In this document: piece after piece, positions 46,005 through 56,534 of the stretch
How the letters are laid out: every line of letters starts with the position of its first letter
Numbering within the stretch: the stretch's first letter is position 1
Program-made: the position numbers and the translations under genes
Assembly (NCBI GenBank): GCA_023138735.1
Contig: JAGLOY010000001.1
Span: forward strand, 3,626 to 67,625
DNA from: Candidatus Aegiribacteria sp.
GTDB lineage: Bacteria > Fermentibacterota > Fermentibacteria > Fermentibacterales > JCC-6
DNA length: 64,000 bases
Direction of reading: 5' to 3'
Notes under the pieces: generated by a model
Told to the model about the DNA's origin: nothing
Databases searched by the model: none
Seen by the model: the letters and a program-made list of their open reading frames with translations, nothing else

Positions 46005-47462
46005 ATGAGATCAATTACAGGGAGAGAAAACGTAGCGGAAATGTGTGCCGACCTTCTACAGGACGAGTCTAATCTATCGGGCGCATGGTGTGAAGCCGCT
46101 GCCTGGCCTGAAAACACCGATGAAGCCAGAGATTACATCAGGAAGTGCTCGAAGACCGGAATAAAACTGACGGTTTCCGGCGCGTTAACAGGTATTGCAG
46201 GGGGGGCCCTCCCGGAGGGCGGAGAAGTGATATCGGCATCAGCGCTGAAGGATATCAGGCTTCTGGGCAACGGCAACATAGCGGCCGGCGCAGGTGTAAC
46301 GATAGAAGAGCTCAATTCCTTTATCAGTGCTAATACGGATGGCTTTTTCTACCCACCGGACACTACGGAGGAAACTGCTTCTGTTGGTGGCACAATCGCC
46401 ACCAACGCATCGGGAGCGGACAGCTTTCTGTACGGATCTACAAGAAAATGGGTGGAAGGCCTCCAGATAGTACTTCCCAGCGGTGTGCTGCTTAAAATAA
46501 AACGGGGCATGCATATGTTCGAGAACAGCACATGCACCCATCCCCTTCTGGGAATAATACAACTGCCGCTACTGCGAATAGAACAGCCGCCCAAGAACGC
46601 CGCAGGGTACTACATACGCCCCGACATGGACCTTATAGATCTCTTCATCGGCTCGGAGGGAACACTTGGTTTCATTGTAGAAGCCGAACTGAAACTGGCG
46701 CCGGAGCCGGAGTACGTTATCGATCTTGCAGTTTTCCCCGAAAAGCAGGAGTCCTTCTGGAAGCTCTACGATTCACTGCTGGATGCCCCCGAACCGCTCC
46801 GGATAAGAGCACTGGAAATTATGGATGATAGGTGCATGGATTTTCTGAGGTCACATCCTGGTGAACTCCCTCTTCCTCCCGGGAATGCCCTCTTCTGTCT
46901 GCTTTTAAGAGCTGAAGCCGACAGCGATGAACATCTCGAGGAAACCCTTGTTATGCTGGATGATATGCTCGTCTCATCGAATTCAAACCCGGAAACTGCA
47001 TGGGGCGGTTTTGAACCCTCCGAAAGACAGAGAATCAAGGATTTCAGACACGCACTGCCGGAAGCTGTAAATCACTGCATTGCAGAATCAAGGAGGAAAC
47101 ACCCCTCAATACACAAATTCGGCTCCGACGGCGCAGTCGAACTATCACGGTTCAAAGAATACTTCGTACTTGTGACGGGTATCCTTGAGGAAAGAGGTCT
47201 GCCTTTCGTCATCTTCGGTCACGCCGGACAAGGGCACATTCATGCCAATGCCATGCCGGAGGAGCCGCAGCAGATGCTCCTGGCAGGCGAAGCCATGAGG
47301 GAAATAGCGGCAGCTGCCGTGGAAATGGGCGGCACGGTATCAGCCGAACACGGGCTTGGAAAACTGAAACTCGATTATCTGAAACTTATGTATTCGGAGG
47401 AAGAGATCAAAGGGATGGAAACCATAAAAAGGGATATCGATCCTGACCACATGATGAATTAA
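46005..47462 (+). CDS. FAD-binding oxidoreductase (GlcD / D-lactate dehydrogenase-like, PCMH type)
   Basis: The FAD_binding_4 region (VSGALTGIAGGALP, ASVGGTIATNASG) and a C-terminal FAD-oxidase_C region (SAEHGLGKLK). Confidence 0.75.
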   Translation: MRSITGRENVAEMCADLLQDESNLSGAWCEAAAWPENTDEARDYIRKCSKTGIKLTVSGALTGIAGGALPEGGEVISASALKDIRLLGNGNIAAGAGVTIEELNSFISANTDGFFYPPDTTEETASVGGTIATNASGADSFLYGSTRKWVEGLQIVLPSGVLLKIKRGMHMFENSTCTHPLLGIIQLPLLRIEQPPKNAAGYYIRPDMDLIDLFIGSEGTLGFIVEAELKLAPEPEYVIDLAVFPEKQESFWKLYDSLLDAPEPLRIRALEIMDDRCMDFLRSHPGELPLPPGNALFCLLLRAEADSDEHLEETLVMLDDMLVSSNSNPETAWGGFEPSERQRIKDFRHALPEAVNHCIAESRRKHPSIHKFGSDGAVELSRFKEYFVLVTGILEERGLPFVIFGHAGQGHIHANAMPEEPQQMLLAGEAMREIAAAAVEMGGTVSAEHGLGKLKLDYLKLMYSEEEIKGMETIKRDIDPDHMMN

Positions 47463-47571
47463 ATAGGGACGGAGGTCTTTTATTTGCAATCATGAAATAA
47501 TATGACTTAATTATTGATCTAAAATACATATTATTCACGTAATCAGAATAAATTACCTCCGTCCCTATTTA
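47460..47571. repeat. 17-bp perfect inverted repeat (TAAATAGGGACGGAGGT / ACCTCCGTCCCTATTTA) enclosing a 78-nt AT-rich spacer; bidirectional terminator or MITE-like element
   Basis: Arms at 47460-47476 and 47555-47571. Each arm begins with the stop codon of one of the two convergent genes. Confidence 0.8.
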
Positions 47572-49299
47572 TCTTACATCGCCGTAGTCGCTGATTATCC
47601 TGCAGCCTCTTGAGTAGTCCTTCTCCCTGCTCTTGCGGATACTGTCAGCGATTACTTCCCGCATATGGGAGATGATATCATGAAGCTCTTCACCGGATAC
47701 GCCCGGAAATTCTCTTTCCAGGTAATCTCTCTGGAAAACTGAAAGTTTCTCGGGGCTGCTCGAGAGGCATTCCAGTGTGAAAAATCTAACATGGAACCTG
47801 TAGGTCTCGATAGCCCGGAGCCTGTGTGCTTCGGTTAGATAATTCTTGCCAAGACCGGGGATATCCGATTCCGTGTATACCTCTTTCACCGATTGCACAT
47901 CCAGTTTCTCAAGTGAACTCATCATCATTCTCACGGTCTCTTCCCGGATGATCTTCCCGCCGGGTTTCCAGTGCAGGGCGCGGTTTCTGGACATGTACTT
48001 CTCCTCGTTCCTCTGTACCGCGAAGAGGTTATCGGAGAGTACCCACCCCGGTATTATCTGATTGAATGCGGGTGGTATGCCATCAATCGAACTGTAGGGC
48101 TCACATATAAGTGAAAAGGGGAATTCAACCCTCTGGGGCAATGTCGTTACACCTGTTGCTATTATGCTGTATGGAGCCTGCGAATAATCAGCCGGGAATT
48201 TCACGGAACATCCCAGTCCGAAGAACATACCCTCTCCGGGTTTGATCTCCTGGTCCGGAAGCCTGGATGTATGGTTGCTTCCGACGTTGGCTCCGTAACC
48301 GATGTTTCCTCTCCCCTCAGGCCACCTGGCGGCTATCAGGAGAGACTGGTGATGAGATGATGTAAAAGGGCCTACCAGTGATGCTGTGATCTCACCTTCG
48401 GCCAGTACCGAATTCGGTCCCAGAAAGGACAATGTCAGCTTGCCGTGCTTCTCAACAACGGACGCTTCACCGACTACGGACTTCTCTACAATGGCCATCG
48501 AATCAACTCTTGAGCCCCATTTCAGTATGGAATCCCTTACAAGGGCCCCGTCCAGTACAGAAGCCGGATTCAACTCTCCACCCAGCATGGTACTGTTTCT
48601 CACTGCGCAGGCGTTGAGTATGGAAACCCGGGAACCGATAAAACAGTTTTCCAGAACAGGCGTGTCCTGAATAATGCAGGCTTTCCCGATGACACCTCTT
48701 TTTCTCGATTTCAGCTCCGATAAAAACCCATCTAGAAACGTACGGTAGCCAGCGAGATAATCATTCCGATTACTGCCCCCTGAGAGTACCGATGCCAGGC
48801 CTCTGCAAAGGCAGGGCGAAGACGGTACATTTCTCTCCCCGGTTTCAACTCCGAGTTCCAGATCAGTTCCGCTGCCGCACATGGAACCCTGTTCGTAAAT
48901 GAGTCTGCCGCAGTTCTCTATGACGACACCCTCTCCTATGCGAAGATTACGAAGAAGGCTGGTGGATAATATCCTGCATCCGGGTAGAACTTCCACATCC
49001 TCAAGGCAGCAGTCAATGAGAATGGGATCAACCAGCCTGCCTTCAATCTCAGCCGGAATCATGGCTATCCTGACCTCACCTCTGAAAACACAGTTCAGAA
49101 CGGAATCAAGTTCGGCGTTTCTGAATACTCTTACTCTGGTCCAGTCTTCGGATGAGTTACAGTTGTTTTCAAGAAGTTCGATCTGAGAATCGCTAAGGGA
49201 TATCCAATCTACCGGAGTATCGCTGACTGTGAACATCTCATCTGAGATCTGCTTCCATCTCTCACTGAGCATTCGCTTGAAATCCATATTTTCCTGCAT
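47569..49299 (-). CDS. DUF4954-like left-handed beta-helix protein
   Basis: N-terminal LSDSQIELLENNCNSSEDWTRVRV resembles the DUF4954 start as I remember it, and there are long hexapeptide-like stretches. Family assignment is from memory only. Confidence 0.5.
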   Translation of the reverse strand: MQENMDFKRMLSERWKQISDEMFTVSDTPVDWISLSDSQIELLENNCNSSEDWTRVRVFRNAELDSVLNCVFRGEVRIAMIPAEIEGRLVDPILIDCCLEDVEVLPGCRILSTSLLRNLRIGEGVVIENCGRLIYEQGSMCGSGTDLELGVETGERNVPSSPCLCRGLASVLSGGSNRNDYLAGYRTFLDGFLSELKSRKRGVIGKACIIQDTPVLENCFIGSRVSILNACAVRNSTMLGGELNPASVLDGALVRDSILKWGSRVDSMAIVEKSVVGEASVVEKHGKLTLSFLGPNSVLAEGEITASLVGPFTSSHHQSLLIAARWPEGRGNIGYGANVGSNHTSRLPDQEIKPGEGMFFGLGCSVKFPADYSQAPYSIIATGVTTLPQRVEFPFSLICEPYSSIDGIPPAFNQIIPGWVLSDNLFAVQRNEEKYMSRNRALHWKPGGKIIREETVRMMMSSLEKLDVQSVKEVYTESDIPGLGKNYLTEAHRLRAIETYRFHVRFFTLECLSSSPEKLSVFQRDYLEREFPGVSGEELHDIISHMREVIADSIRKSREKDYSRGCRIISDYGDVR

Positions 49300-49311
49300 C
49301 CCCGTGGCCCC

Positions 49312-50751
49312 TTAGTCCAGAGTTTCAAGTAAGTATAAGAAGAACTTCCAGAAACGCTGAAGTGAAGAAATACTGGCTCTCTCTCCCGGTATATGAACAT
49401 CCCTTATATCAGGACCCATCGATATCATGTCCATGTTGCCTATCCGCTCACCGATTATGCCGCATTCAAGCCCGGCATGGACGGATTCAACTTCAGGCTT
49501 ACGTCCTGATATTTCAGTATAAATTTCAATCAGTTTTTCAAGCAATTTGGAATTCGAATCAGGCATCCATCCGGGATACGAGCCGCCTGTGCTGAAACTG
49601 CACCCGGAAAACCTGGCAACAGCAGCTATTCTATCGCCAAGAGCCTTCTTCGCGCTTGCGATCGGACTTCTTACAGTAAGCTCAATATTGAATTCTTCAT
49701 CACTCATTGAGACAATGGCCAGGTTAACGGAAGTTTCTACCAATCCCTTAATTACTCCACTTTTTTTCTCTACTCCATGGGGAAGCGCGAGAAGCAGATC
49801 GGCAATCCTCAGGCCGGTTTCGTGATCCAGAGCTCCTTTTCTGACGGTCTCATTGTTCATACTTATAAAGATATCATCTTCGATTCCACTGTATTCAAGC
49901 ACAATCTCCTCAAGCAGACGGTTCAGACATTCTCCTGCCTGATCGGAATCATCATGGGGAAAATGAATGAAAGCTGAGGCATTGCGGGGGATCGCATTTC
50001 TTTTTGTACCGCCTGAAATACCTGCGATACGGCAATTGTAATCTACGCAGAGTCTTCTGAGAGTTCTTCCGAGGAAACGGATCGCGTTACCGCGGTTCTT
50101 ATCTATCTCCATCCCCGAATGACCACCTTTCAGTCCGGAGATCTTAAGGTGATAGCAATCAACCGGTTCAGAACGCGCAATGGGCATGCTCAGATGAATA
50201 TCCATCCCACCTGCACACCCTATTGTGAAAACTCCCTCGTCCTCCGAATCGAGATTAATCAGGCGTCTGAAATTTATCCACCCCGGACGAAGATTGTCTG
50301 CTCCCGTCAGTCCCCTTTCCTCATCCGTTGTGAAGAGGCACTCCAGAGGAGGATGAGCGTTTCGGGAATCCAGCACTGCAAGCATAAGCGCAACGCCTAT
50401 TCCGTTATCCGCGCCCAGAGTGGTGTCAGGTGAAATGACCCAGTCACCCTCGATGACAGGAATAATGGGATCCTCTGAATGATTATGTGTGCTTTCATCC
50501 GTCTTCTCGGGAACTATATCAACATGAGCCTGGAGAACGAGTCCTGGATGATCGGCAGCCTTGCCTGTGCCTGCAGAGCGGATAAGAACATTGTTAACAT
50601 CGTCCCTGCTATATTCTAGACCTCTCTTCTTAGCGAACTCAACCAGAAAATCCGCAATCTTCTCCTCTTCACCCGACGGCCTGGGTATCCTGGATATCTC
50701 CTCGAACCAGTACCAGACTATTTTCGGTTCAATATTCTCTAATATCCTCAT
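49312..50751 (-). CDS. pepD: Aminoacyl-histidine (Xaa-His) dipeptidase, M20C
   Basis: LENIEPKIVWYWFEEISRIPRPSGEEEKIADFL, HVDIVPE, TTDEERGLTGA, and SVHAGLECG. Confidence 0.9.
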   Translation of the reverse strand: MRILENIEPKIVWYWFEEISRIPRPSGEEEKIADFLVEFAKKRGLEYSRDDVNNVLIRSAGTGKAADHPGLVLQAHVDIVPEKTDESTHNHSEDPIIPVIEGDWVISPDTTLGADNGIGVALMLAVLDSRNAHPPLECLFTTDEERGLTGADNLRPGWINFRRLINLDSEDEGVFTIGCAGGMDIHLSMPIARSEPVDCYHLKISGLKGGHSGMEIDKNRGNAIRFLGRTLRRLCVDYNCRIAGISGGTKRNAIPRNASAFIHFPHDDSDQAGECLNRLLEEIVLEYSGIEDDIFISMNNETVRKGALDHETGLRIADLLLALPHGVEKKSGVIKGLVETSVNLAIVSMSDEEFNIELTVRSPIASAKKALGDRIAAVARFSGCSFSTGGSYPGWMPDSNSKLLEKLIEIYTEISGRKPEVESVHAGLECGIIGERIGNMDMISMGPDIRDVHIPGERASISSLQRFWKFFLYLLETLD

Positions 50752-51482
50752 CTATCTGACCTTTCATGTCTTTGGGATCCGGAGTCTGAACGCCCTCTGA
50801 ACGTGTTAAGAAAATACTCAAAGAATACTTTTCCAGCCTCAATCGATGGGCCATCATCTATAACGGACGTAAGATCGATGCCGTTATCCTCAAGGAGCCT
50901 GGCTTCCTTAAGAAAAAGTTCGTTACCATCAGCTCGGGTGAATTCCGGATGGAATTGCAGACTGAAAAGGTTCTTCTCCCTGTCAATGAACCCCTGGATA
51001 TCCGTGTGAGTGTTCGTTGCTATTACCTCGGAAGTATCAGGAATTTTATTAACTCTGTCAAAATGCGACTGCAGAACTCTGGAAACTGGGGTTGCTCCCG
51101 GTATTTCAAGTCCGCTGCCGATCATCTCCACATCGATCCAGCCGATTTCAAGACCATTTGCACATTTACCGATAGCTGATGGGTCCAGCAGAGACATGCA
51201 GATGAGCTGATGCCCGTAACAGACTCCCATTTGAGGAATATCCTCAGCGACACATTTCCTTACTATTTCTTCCGCCTCTTCCAGGAAATCAGATTCCGCA
51301 CATATGGATAAACTGGATCCTGTATGCATCACATGTGAATATTCAAGCGGATCGGGAAAACTGTCGCCATAATAGATATACGCAGATGTGGAAGCGCAGT
51401 GATCCGGGAACCATCTCCTGAATAGTGGCGCTTCCGACCGATCAACTGAATAATCGAGTATCAGGACGTTAGCAGTATTCAT
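50748..51482 (-). CDS. Class I glutamine amidotransferase-like protein
   Basis: Nucleophile elbow MGVCYGHQLI and the HPEF motif. ATGA overlap with pepD. Confidence 0.75.
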   Translation of the reverse strand: MNTANVLILDYSVDRSEAPLFRRWFPDHCASTSAYIYYGDSFPDPLEYSHVMHTGSSLSICAESDFLEEAEEIVRKCVAEDIPQMGVCYGHQLICMSLLDPSAIGKCANGLEIGWIDVEMIGSGLEIPGATPVSRVLQSHFDRVNKIPDTSEVIATNTHTDIQGFIDREKNLFSLQFHPEFTRADGNELFLKEARLLEDNGIDLTSVIDDGPSIEAGKVFFEYFLNTFRGRSDSGSQRHERSDR

Positions 51483-51550
51483 GATTCCCCTGTAAATTCA
51501 TTGCTGGATGAATGGTTGAAATCGGTGAATTGAATAAGTATTGATTTGAA

Positions 51551-52156
51551 TCAGGGGAAGCTGTTCAGTCCCATGAAATTCGTTACTTTCCACTGGTTAT
51601 CTTCTTTTCTCAGGTTAGCCTGATATGACAGCTCCAGCCCCGTCGCTGTACTGAACACAAGTGGTATTGTAAGCTCATTGCCCCGATCCGAATATTCGCC
51701 GATCTGCATTTCATAAATTGAGTAACGGGCTTTCATTACGGGAAGCATAATGGTGCTGGTCAGATAATCCATCGGTGACCAGTCATCTATTTCATCCGCA
51801 GTCACCGTATATCCTGCAGTGGCTAACCTGGATAGTGTGGCATCATCAAGATTCTCCTGCAGAATTTCCAGCATTATGTCTATTTCATCAAGTCCATCGC
51901 TGGAAATAAGCTCGGAGATCACAAATTCATCACCGGTTTTCAGAGCCTGGAAGAAAACCTCAAGAACAGCTGTGGGATCATTTGGTATGAGGGGAATTTC
52001 AACCTCAATCGGGACTTCAATCTCTTCTGCAGAAAGTGAATCAGGTTCCGTGTTTTGAAGAGAATCCGGAGGAGAAGTTACTTCCTCTTCAGGCTGTGCG
52101 TAAACGCCCCCAGCAAACATCATCATAATCAGAGCAAGGAATGCTGTTTGTCTCAC
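51551..52156 (-). CDS. Secreted hypothetical protein
   Basis: GTG 52156 lies 5 nt after GAGGAGG and gives signal peptide VRQTAFLALIMMMFAGGVYA. There is an acidic linker. No family recognised. Confidence 0.5.
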   Translation of the reverse strand: MRQTAFLALIMMMFAGGVYAQPEEEVTSPPDSLQNTEPDSLSAEEIEVPIEVEIPLIPNDPTAVLEVFFQALKTGDEFVISELISSDGLDEIDIMLEILQENLDDATLSRLATAGYTVTADEIDDWSPMDYLTSTIMLPVMKARYSIYEMQIGEYSDRGNELTIPLVFSTATGLELSYQANLRKEDNQWKVTNFMGLNSFP

Positions 52157-52351
52157 AAGAACCCTCCTCAGATAACAAAATGTTTCCAATACATAATACA
52201 AAATAGCTAATAAGAACCAGTAGAGCAAACAACACCCTTTAACGTACCTGATCCATGTCAGTAGCGCGGTCTACTACAATATCCATAAGTTCAACGAGTA
52301 TAATGGTATCAGACGGTTTTACCGACGGCGAAGAGGTGCTTCCGAATATCT

Positions 52352-53569
52352 TCACTGCGAACCCCATATCCTGAGCGTTTCAAGGACTATCCCGTATGAC
52401 AGCTCAAGTCCCTGCTCAGCTATCCACTCATTTCTGGAGTGGAAAAGCTCTCCGCCCGTCGGCAGATTTACAGTGGGGATTCCCATGAAAGACAATCTGG
52501 ATCCATCGGTACCGCCCCGGATAGAGCTTTCCTCAGGTTCAAGCCCGACGTGTCCGGTCGCTCTAAGAGCGAACTCTACAGGTCTTCTATCCTGCTTTAG
52601 AATCTCACTGGGATTCATGTACTGTTCTGACATCTCCAGAGATATTTCCGCCCCGGGATACCTTACCTTGATCCACTTTTCAAGACTCCTCATCGTTTCA
52701 ATTCTCGATCTCATTCCTTCGGACGTAAAATCGCGCAATATCATTTTCAGATTTCCTTTGGAGGTCACCGATGAAATGGAAAGAGGGTAGTAATATCCCT
52801 CATTTCCAGAACTGTTCTCAGGCATTTCCTCCGGAGGTATCGATGATACGATATCAGTCAGTACGCGAAGGGCATTCACCATTATTCCTTCTGCGCTTCC
52901 GGGGTGGACTTCTCTACCCTTAACTTTCCAGTCTGCTGACCAGGCATTGAAAGTCTGTGTATCTATTTTCCCAACTGAGCCGCCATCGACTGTATATGCG
53001 AAATCAGCGCCGAATCTCACCGGATCAAAATTATCCATACCCCTCCCAACCTCTTCATCAGTTGTAAAAGCGATCTTCAGAGGCGGCACGGGTATTCCAT
53101 TGTTATTAATAAGAGTATCAAGAACTTCCATAATGATAGCAACGCCGGCTTTATCATCCGCTCCAAGAAGAGTTGTGCCGTCAGATGTAATAATCGTACC
53201 ACCTATATATCTCAGCATATCAGTAGTTTCAGACGGACTGATAATCACTCCTTCACAAAGATCAATCGGCTTTCCATCCCAGTTGTGATGTAGAACGGGA
53301 TTAACGTTCTCACCGGGTGCATCAGGTGAGGTGTCCACATGAGCAAGAAGACCTATCACAGCATCGCCGCACCCTTCTGCAGGAAGTGAAGCGTAAAGGG
53401 TGCCTTTTTCATCAAGTTCAATATCGCCCATTCCAAGCTCTTGTAGTTCAATCTCAAGCATACGCAGGAACTCAATCTGCCTGCTGGAGGAGGGTGATGT
53501 AGAAGAGGATGAATCGGAAGCTGTATTCACCCGGGCATACCTGAGGAATCTATCGGTCAGTTCTGACAT
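52352..53569 (-). CDS. pepT: Peptidase T (tripeptide aminopeptidase, M20B)
   Basis: LTDRFLRYARVNTASD, GLLAHVDTSPD, GADDKAG, and FTTDEEVG. Confidence 0.92.
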   Translation of the reverse strand: MSELTDRFLRYARVNTASDSSSSTSPSSSRQIEFLRMLEIELQELGMGDIELDEKGTLYASLPAEGCGDAVIGLLAHVDTSPDAPGENVNPVLHHNWDGKPIDLCEGVIISPSETTDMLRYIGGTIITSDGTTLLGADDKAGVAIIMEVLDTLINNNGIPVPPLKIAFTTDEEVGRGMDNFDPVRFGADFAYTVDGGSVGKIDTQTFNAWSADWKVKGREVHPGSAEGIMVNALRVLTDIVSSIPPEEMPENSSGNEGYYYPLSISSVTSKGNLKMILRDFTSEGMRSRIETMRSLEKWIKVRYPGAEISLEMSEQYMNPSEILKQDRRPVEFALRATGHVGLEPEESSIRGGTDGSRLSFMGIPTVNLPTGGELFHSRNEWIAEQGLELSYGIVLETLRIWGSQ

Positions 53570-53676
53570 TGCATCTCCTTTTCAAGCATGGATTATTTGA
53601 TGTATATATACCCGAGTGCGAATATTGAAACAGTCTGACAGTCGCCACATTCTCTAATCGGGAAGAAGGTGCGTGA

Positions 53677-54600
53677 GTGGTATCGTTCAGGGGTAGAAGT
53701 ATAGTATCCATCAGAGACATGTCGCGTGATGATCTGATAAAGGTAGTTTGCACAACAGAACTGGTAAAACAAGGTGAGTTATCCGGTTTTCTCAATGGTA
53801 AAACTGTTGCAACGCTTTTTTTCGAGCCTTCTACAAGGACCCGTCTTTCGTTTGAATCCGCTGTTTTAAAAAGCGGAGGTTCCGTTTTCGGTATTGCAGA
53901 TCCCAAGGCTTCATCACAGAGCAAGGGTGAAACATTCGCCGATTCGATCAGAACTGTTTCCGGCTACTGCGATGTCCTGGTGATTCGTCATCCTGTTGAA
54001 GGAGCAGCACGTATGGCTTCCGAGCTCTCCTCTACGCCTGTTATCAACGCGGGTGACGGAGCAAACCAGCATCCCACCCAGACTTTTCTTGATCTGTTCA
54101 CCATAAAAGAGAGTTTTGGGCGCCTTGATAACCTGAAAATCGGTATGATGGGAGATCTCAAGTACGGAAGGACTGTTCATTCACTTACCGATGCTCTCGC
54201 GATGTTCAGCAATGAGCTTGTATTCATCTCACCCCCTTCGCTACAGATGCCGGGGCATATACTGAAGGAGCTTGATGATGCTGATATAAGGTACAGGAAT
54301 ATTTCGGACCTGGAAGAAGCTGAAGACCAGAATCTCGACATTCTGTACGTTACAAGAATTCAGAAGGAGCGTTTCGGAGATCCGCAGGAATACAAAAAAG
54401 TCGCAGGTATCTACAGGATCACGCAGGATACGATAAATATGCTGGGAAAAGATATTCGCGTGATGCATCCACTTCCGAGGGTAGATGAGATCTCGGAAGA
54501 GGTTGATTCCATGCCAAACGCGATATACTTCACCCAGGCACATAATGGTATTCCAACAAGACAGGCACTGCTCGGCCTGGTGACTGGAGGGCTGAACTGA
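53677..54600 (+). CDS. pyrB: Aspartate carbamoyltransferase catalytic subunit
   Basis: FFEPSTRTRLSFE, HPTQ, and HPLPR motifs. GTG start. Confidence 0.95.
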   Translation: MVSFRGRSIVSIRDMSRDDLIKVVCTTELVKQGELSGFLNGKTVATLFFEPSTRTRLSFESAVLKSGGSVFGIADPKASSQSKGETFADSIRTVSGYCDVLVIRHPVEGAARMASELSSTPVINAGDGANQHPTQTFLDLFTIKESFGRLDNLKIGMMGDLKYGRTVHSLTDALAMFSNELVFISPPSLQMPGHILKELDDADIRYRNISDLEEAEDQNLDILYVTRIQKERFGDPQEYKKVAGIYRITQDTINMLGKDIRVMHPLPRVDEISEEVDSMPNAIYFTQAHNGIPTRQALLGLVTGGLN

Positions 54601-55058
54601 TGACGAGAGCGTACAAGGTTTATTCCATAGAAAACGGTACTGTGATCGATCATATTCCCACTCCGCTTGCCCTTAAGGTTATCCGTATACTCGGTCTGGG
54701 AAATGAGGGAATAATGACAATCGGGATCGGCTTCAACTCAGAGAGGCATCCTCGCGGCAAGGATATTCTGAAGATTGAAAACCGGGAACTCTCTTACGAA
54801 GAGACAGATAAGATCGCCCTTATCGCCCCCGACGCGACCATCAATATCATCAAGAAGGGCGAAGTGGTAGAAAAACGACAGATCACATTGCCCTCGGAAG
54901 TAAAGGATATACTCTCCTGCCCAAATCCCAACTGCGCAACCAATCAACTGGGAGCCAGGAAACACTTCCTGCTTGAGAATAAGGATACGGTTACCTACAG
55001 ATGCGCATACTGCGAAAGAGCCACAGTTGTAAATGCTGATATGCTTGCATCAAAGTGA
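54600..55058 (+). CDS. pyrI: Aspartate carbamoyltransferase regulatory subunit
   Basis: YKVYSIENGTVIDHIP, and the Zn domain CPNPNCAT...YRCAYCE. ATGA-type overlap with pyrB. Confidence 0.93.
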   Translation: MTRAYKVYSIENGTVIDHIPTPLALKVIRILGLGNEGIMTIGIGFNSERHPRGKDILKIENRELSYEETDKIALIAPDATINIIKKGEVVEKRQITLPSEVKDILSCPNPNCATNQLGARKHFLLENKDTVTYRCAYCERATVVNADMLASK

Positions 55059-55120
55059 GATATTACTAAGAGGCAGAAAATCCAATTTTCATAGAATTGA
55101 TCCAAGTGGAGGTATTCGAA

Positions 55121-56389
55121 TTGAAACGTCCATCTATACTCCTTCCCGCCCTTGCATGCTTGTTTCTCCTGCCGCTCAGTACCCATGCGACCAGCCTGAT
55201 ATTCGAGAACGGACAGTTCTCTTTCCAGGCCCTCAGGACCTTAGGATATTCAGTGAATGATGGCGCTGACATCGGCGAATGTCTGAGTACCTGCAGCAGG
55301 ATAGAGGATGGAGATACGGAGAGCTGGTACTCGGAGTGGCTGGCAACCGCAGAGAGGGTTGAAGCAAAAGCGAACAGCTTCCTTGCTCAGGCACATACCG
55401 TCAGTGCGAGGGAGTGCTACTTCAGAGCCTCTGCGTACTACAGGACTGCGGAGTTCTTCCTCCACACCGACCCCGATGATCCGAGGATCGTTGAAACCTG
55501 GGAGCGCAGCAGAGATACTTTCCTTTCTGCAGCGGTTCTTTCAGATCGCCCTATACTCCCTGTTGAGATCCCCTTCGAAGGTGGCAGTCTTCCAGCCTAT
55601 CTCTGCCTCGTGGACGATTCCGGAGAGCAAAGGCCGCTCATTGTGGCGCACAGCGGATTCGACGGGACCAAGGAGGAACTCTACTTCAGCATTGGATCAC
55701 CCGCCGTCGAGAGGGGCTACAATTGCCTGCTGTTCGAAGGACCAGGGCAGGGTGAGATCATTCGGCTGCAGCACATCCCATTCCGACCTGACTGGGAATC
55801 AGTAGTCAGCCCTGTTATCGACTTCGCAGTCGAGCTTCCTTTCGTTGATACGGAGCGGATCATCCTTATCGGATACAGCATGGGCGGCTACCTGGCACCC
55901 CGTGCAGTCACCCGGGAACACAGGATCACCGCATGTGTGGCTAACGGCGGAATTTACAGTGTGTACGGGAGCATCATCAGCAATAATCCCCCCGGTCTGG
56001 ATTCAATTCTCGATAATGAACAGGCTTCACTGGAGTACGACAGCACTATTTACGGTATGATGGAGGAGAATCTTTACATCCAATGGTATTACAGCAACGG
56101 CATGTGGACCTTCGATGCCGATTCGCCAAGTGAGCTGGTCCGGATGATGAGGGCGTACACACTCAGAGACTGTATCACAGACATCAGCTGTGAAATGCTA
56201 ATTCTGGATTCCGAACATGATCAGAATATCCACGGACAGGCGATAATGCTGTACGATTCTCTTCAATGCCCGAAAGAGTACGTCCTCTTCACCGAGGAAG
56301 ACGGTGCAGACGAGCACTGCCAGATGGGAGCTATCACCGTTTCGAATGAGCTGATATTCAACTGGCTCGACCGTGTACTCGATCTTTAG
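55121..56389 (+). CDS. Secreted alpha/beta-hydrolase
   Basis: TTG 55121 lies 8 nt after GGAGG and gives signal peptide LKRPSILLPALACLFLLPLSTHA. Nucleophile elbow GYSMGGY. Late D and H residues (DSEHD, DEHCQ). Confidence 0.7.
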   Translation: MKRPSILLPALACLFLLPLSTHATSLIFENGQFSFQALRTLGYSVNDGADIGECLSTCSRIEDGDTESWYSEWLATAERVEAKANSFLAQAHTVSARECYFRASAYYRTAEFFLHTDPDDPRIVETWERSRDTFLSAAVLSDRPILPVEIPFEGGSLPAYLCLVDDSGEQRPLIVAHSGFDGTKEELYFSIGSPAVERGYNCLLFEGPGQGEIIRLQHIPFRPDWESVVSPVIDFAVELPFVDTERIILIGYSMGGYLAPRAVTREHRITACVANGGIYSVYGSIISNNPPGLDSILDNEQASLEYDSTIYGMMEENLYIQWYYSNGMWTFDADSPSELVRMMRAYTLRDCITDISCEMLILDSEHDQNIHGQAIMLYDSLQCPKEYVLFTEEDGADEHCQMGAITVSNELIFNWLDRVLDL

Positions 56390-56534
56390 AGAATCCATGA
56401 AAACTACAGGATGATTATAATTTCAGTATTTTTTAGTTCTCCCGCCAGTTCGGTCAGTAGAATATTGACCTGTCGATATAGCTTTGCTTTCTTGAACTGT
56501 TTTTCATAAATTATAGTTGAGGAGATGCTGCTTT

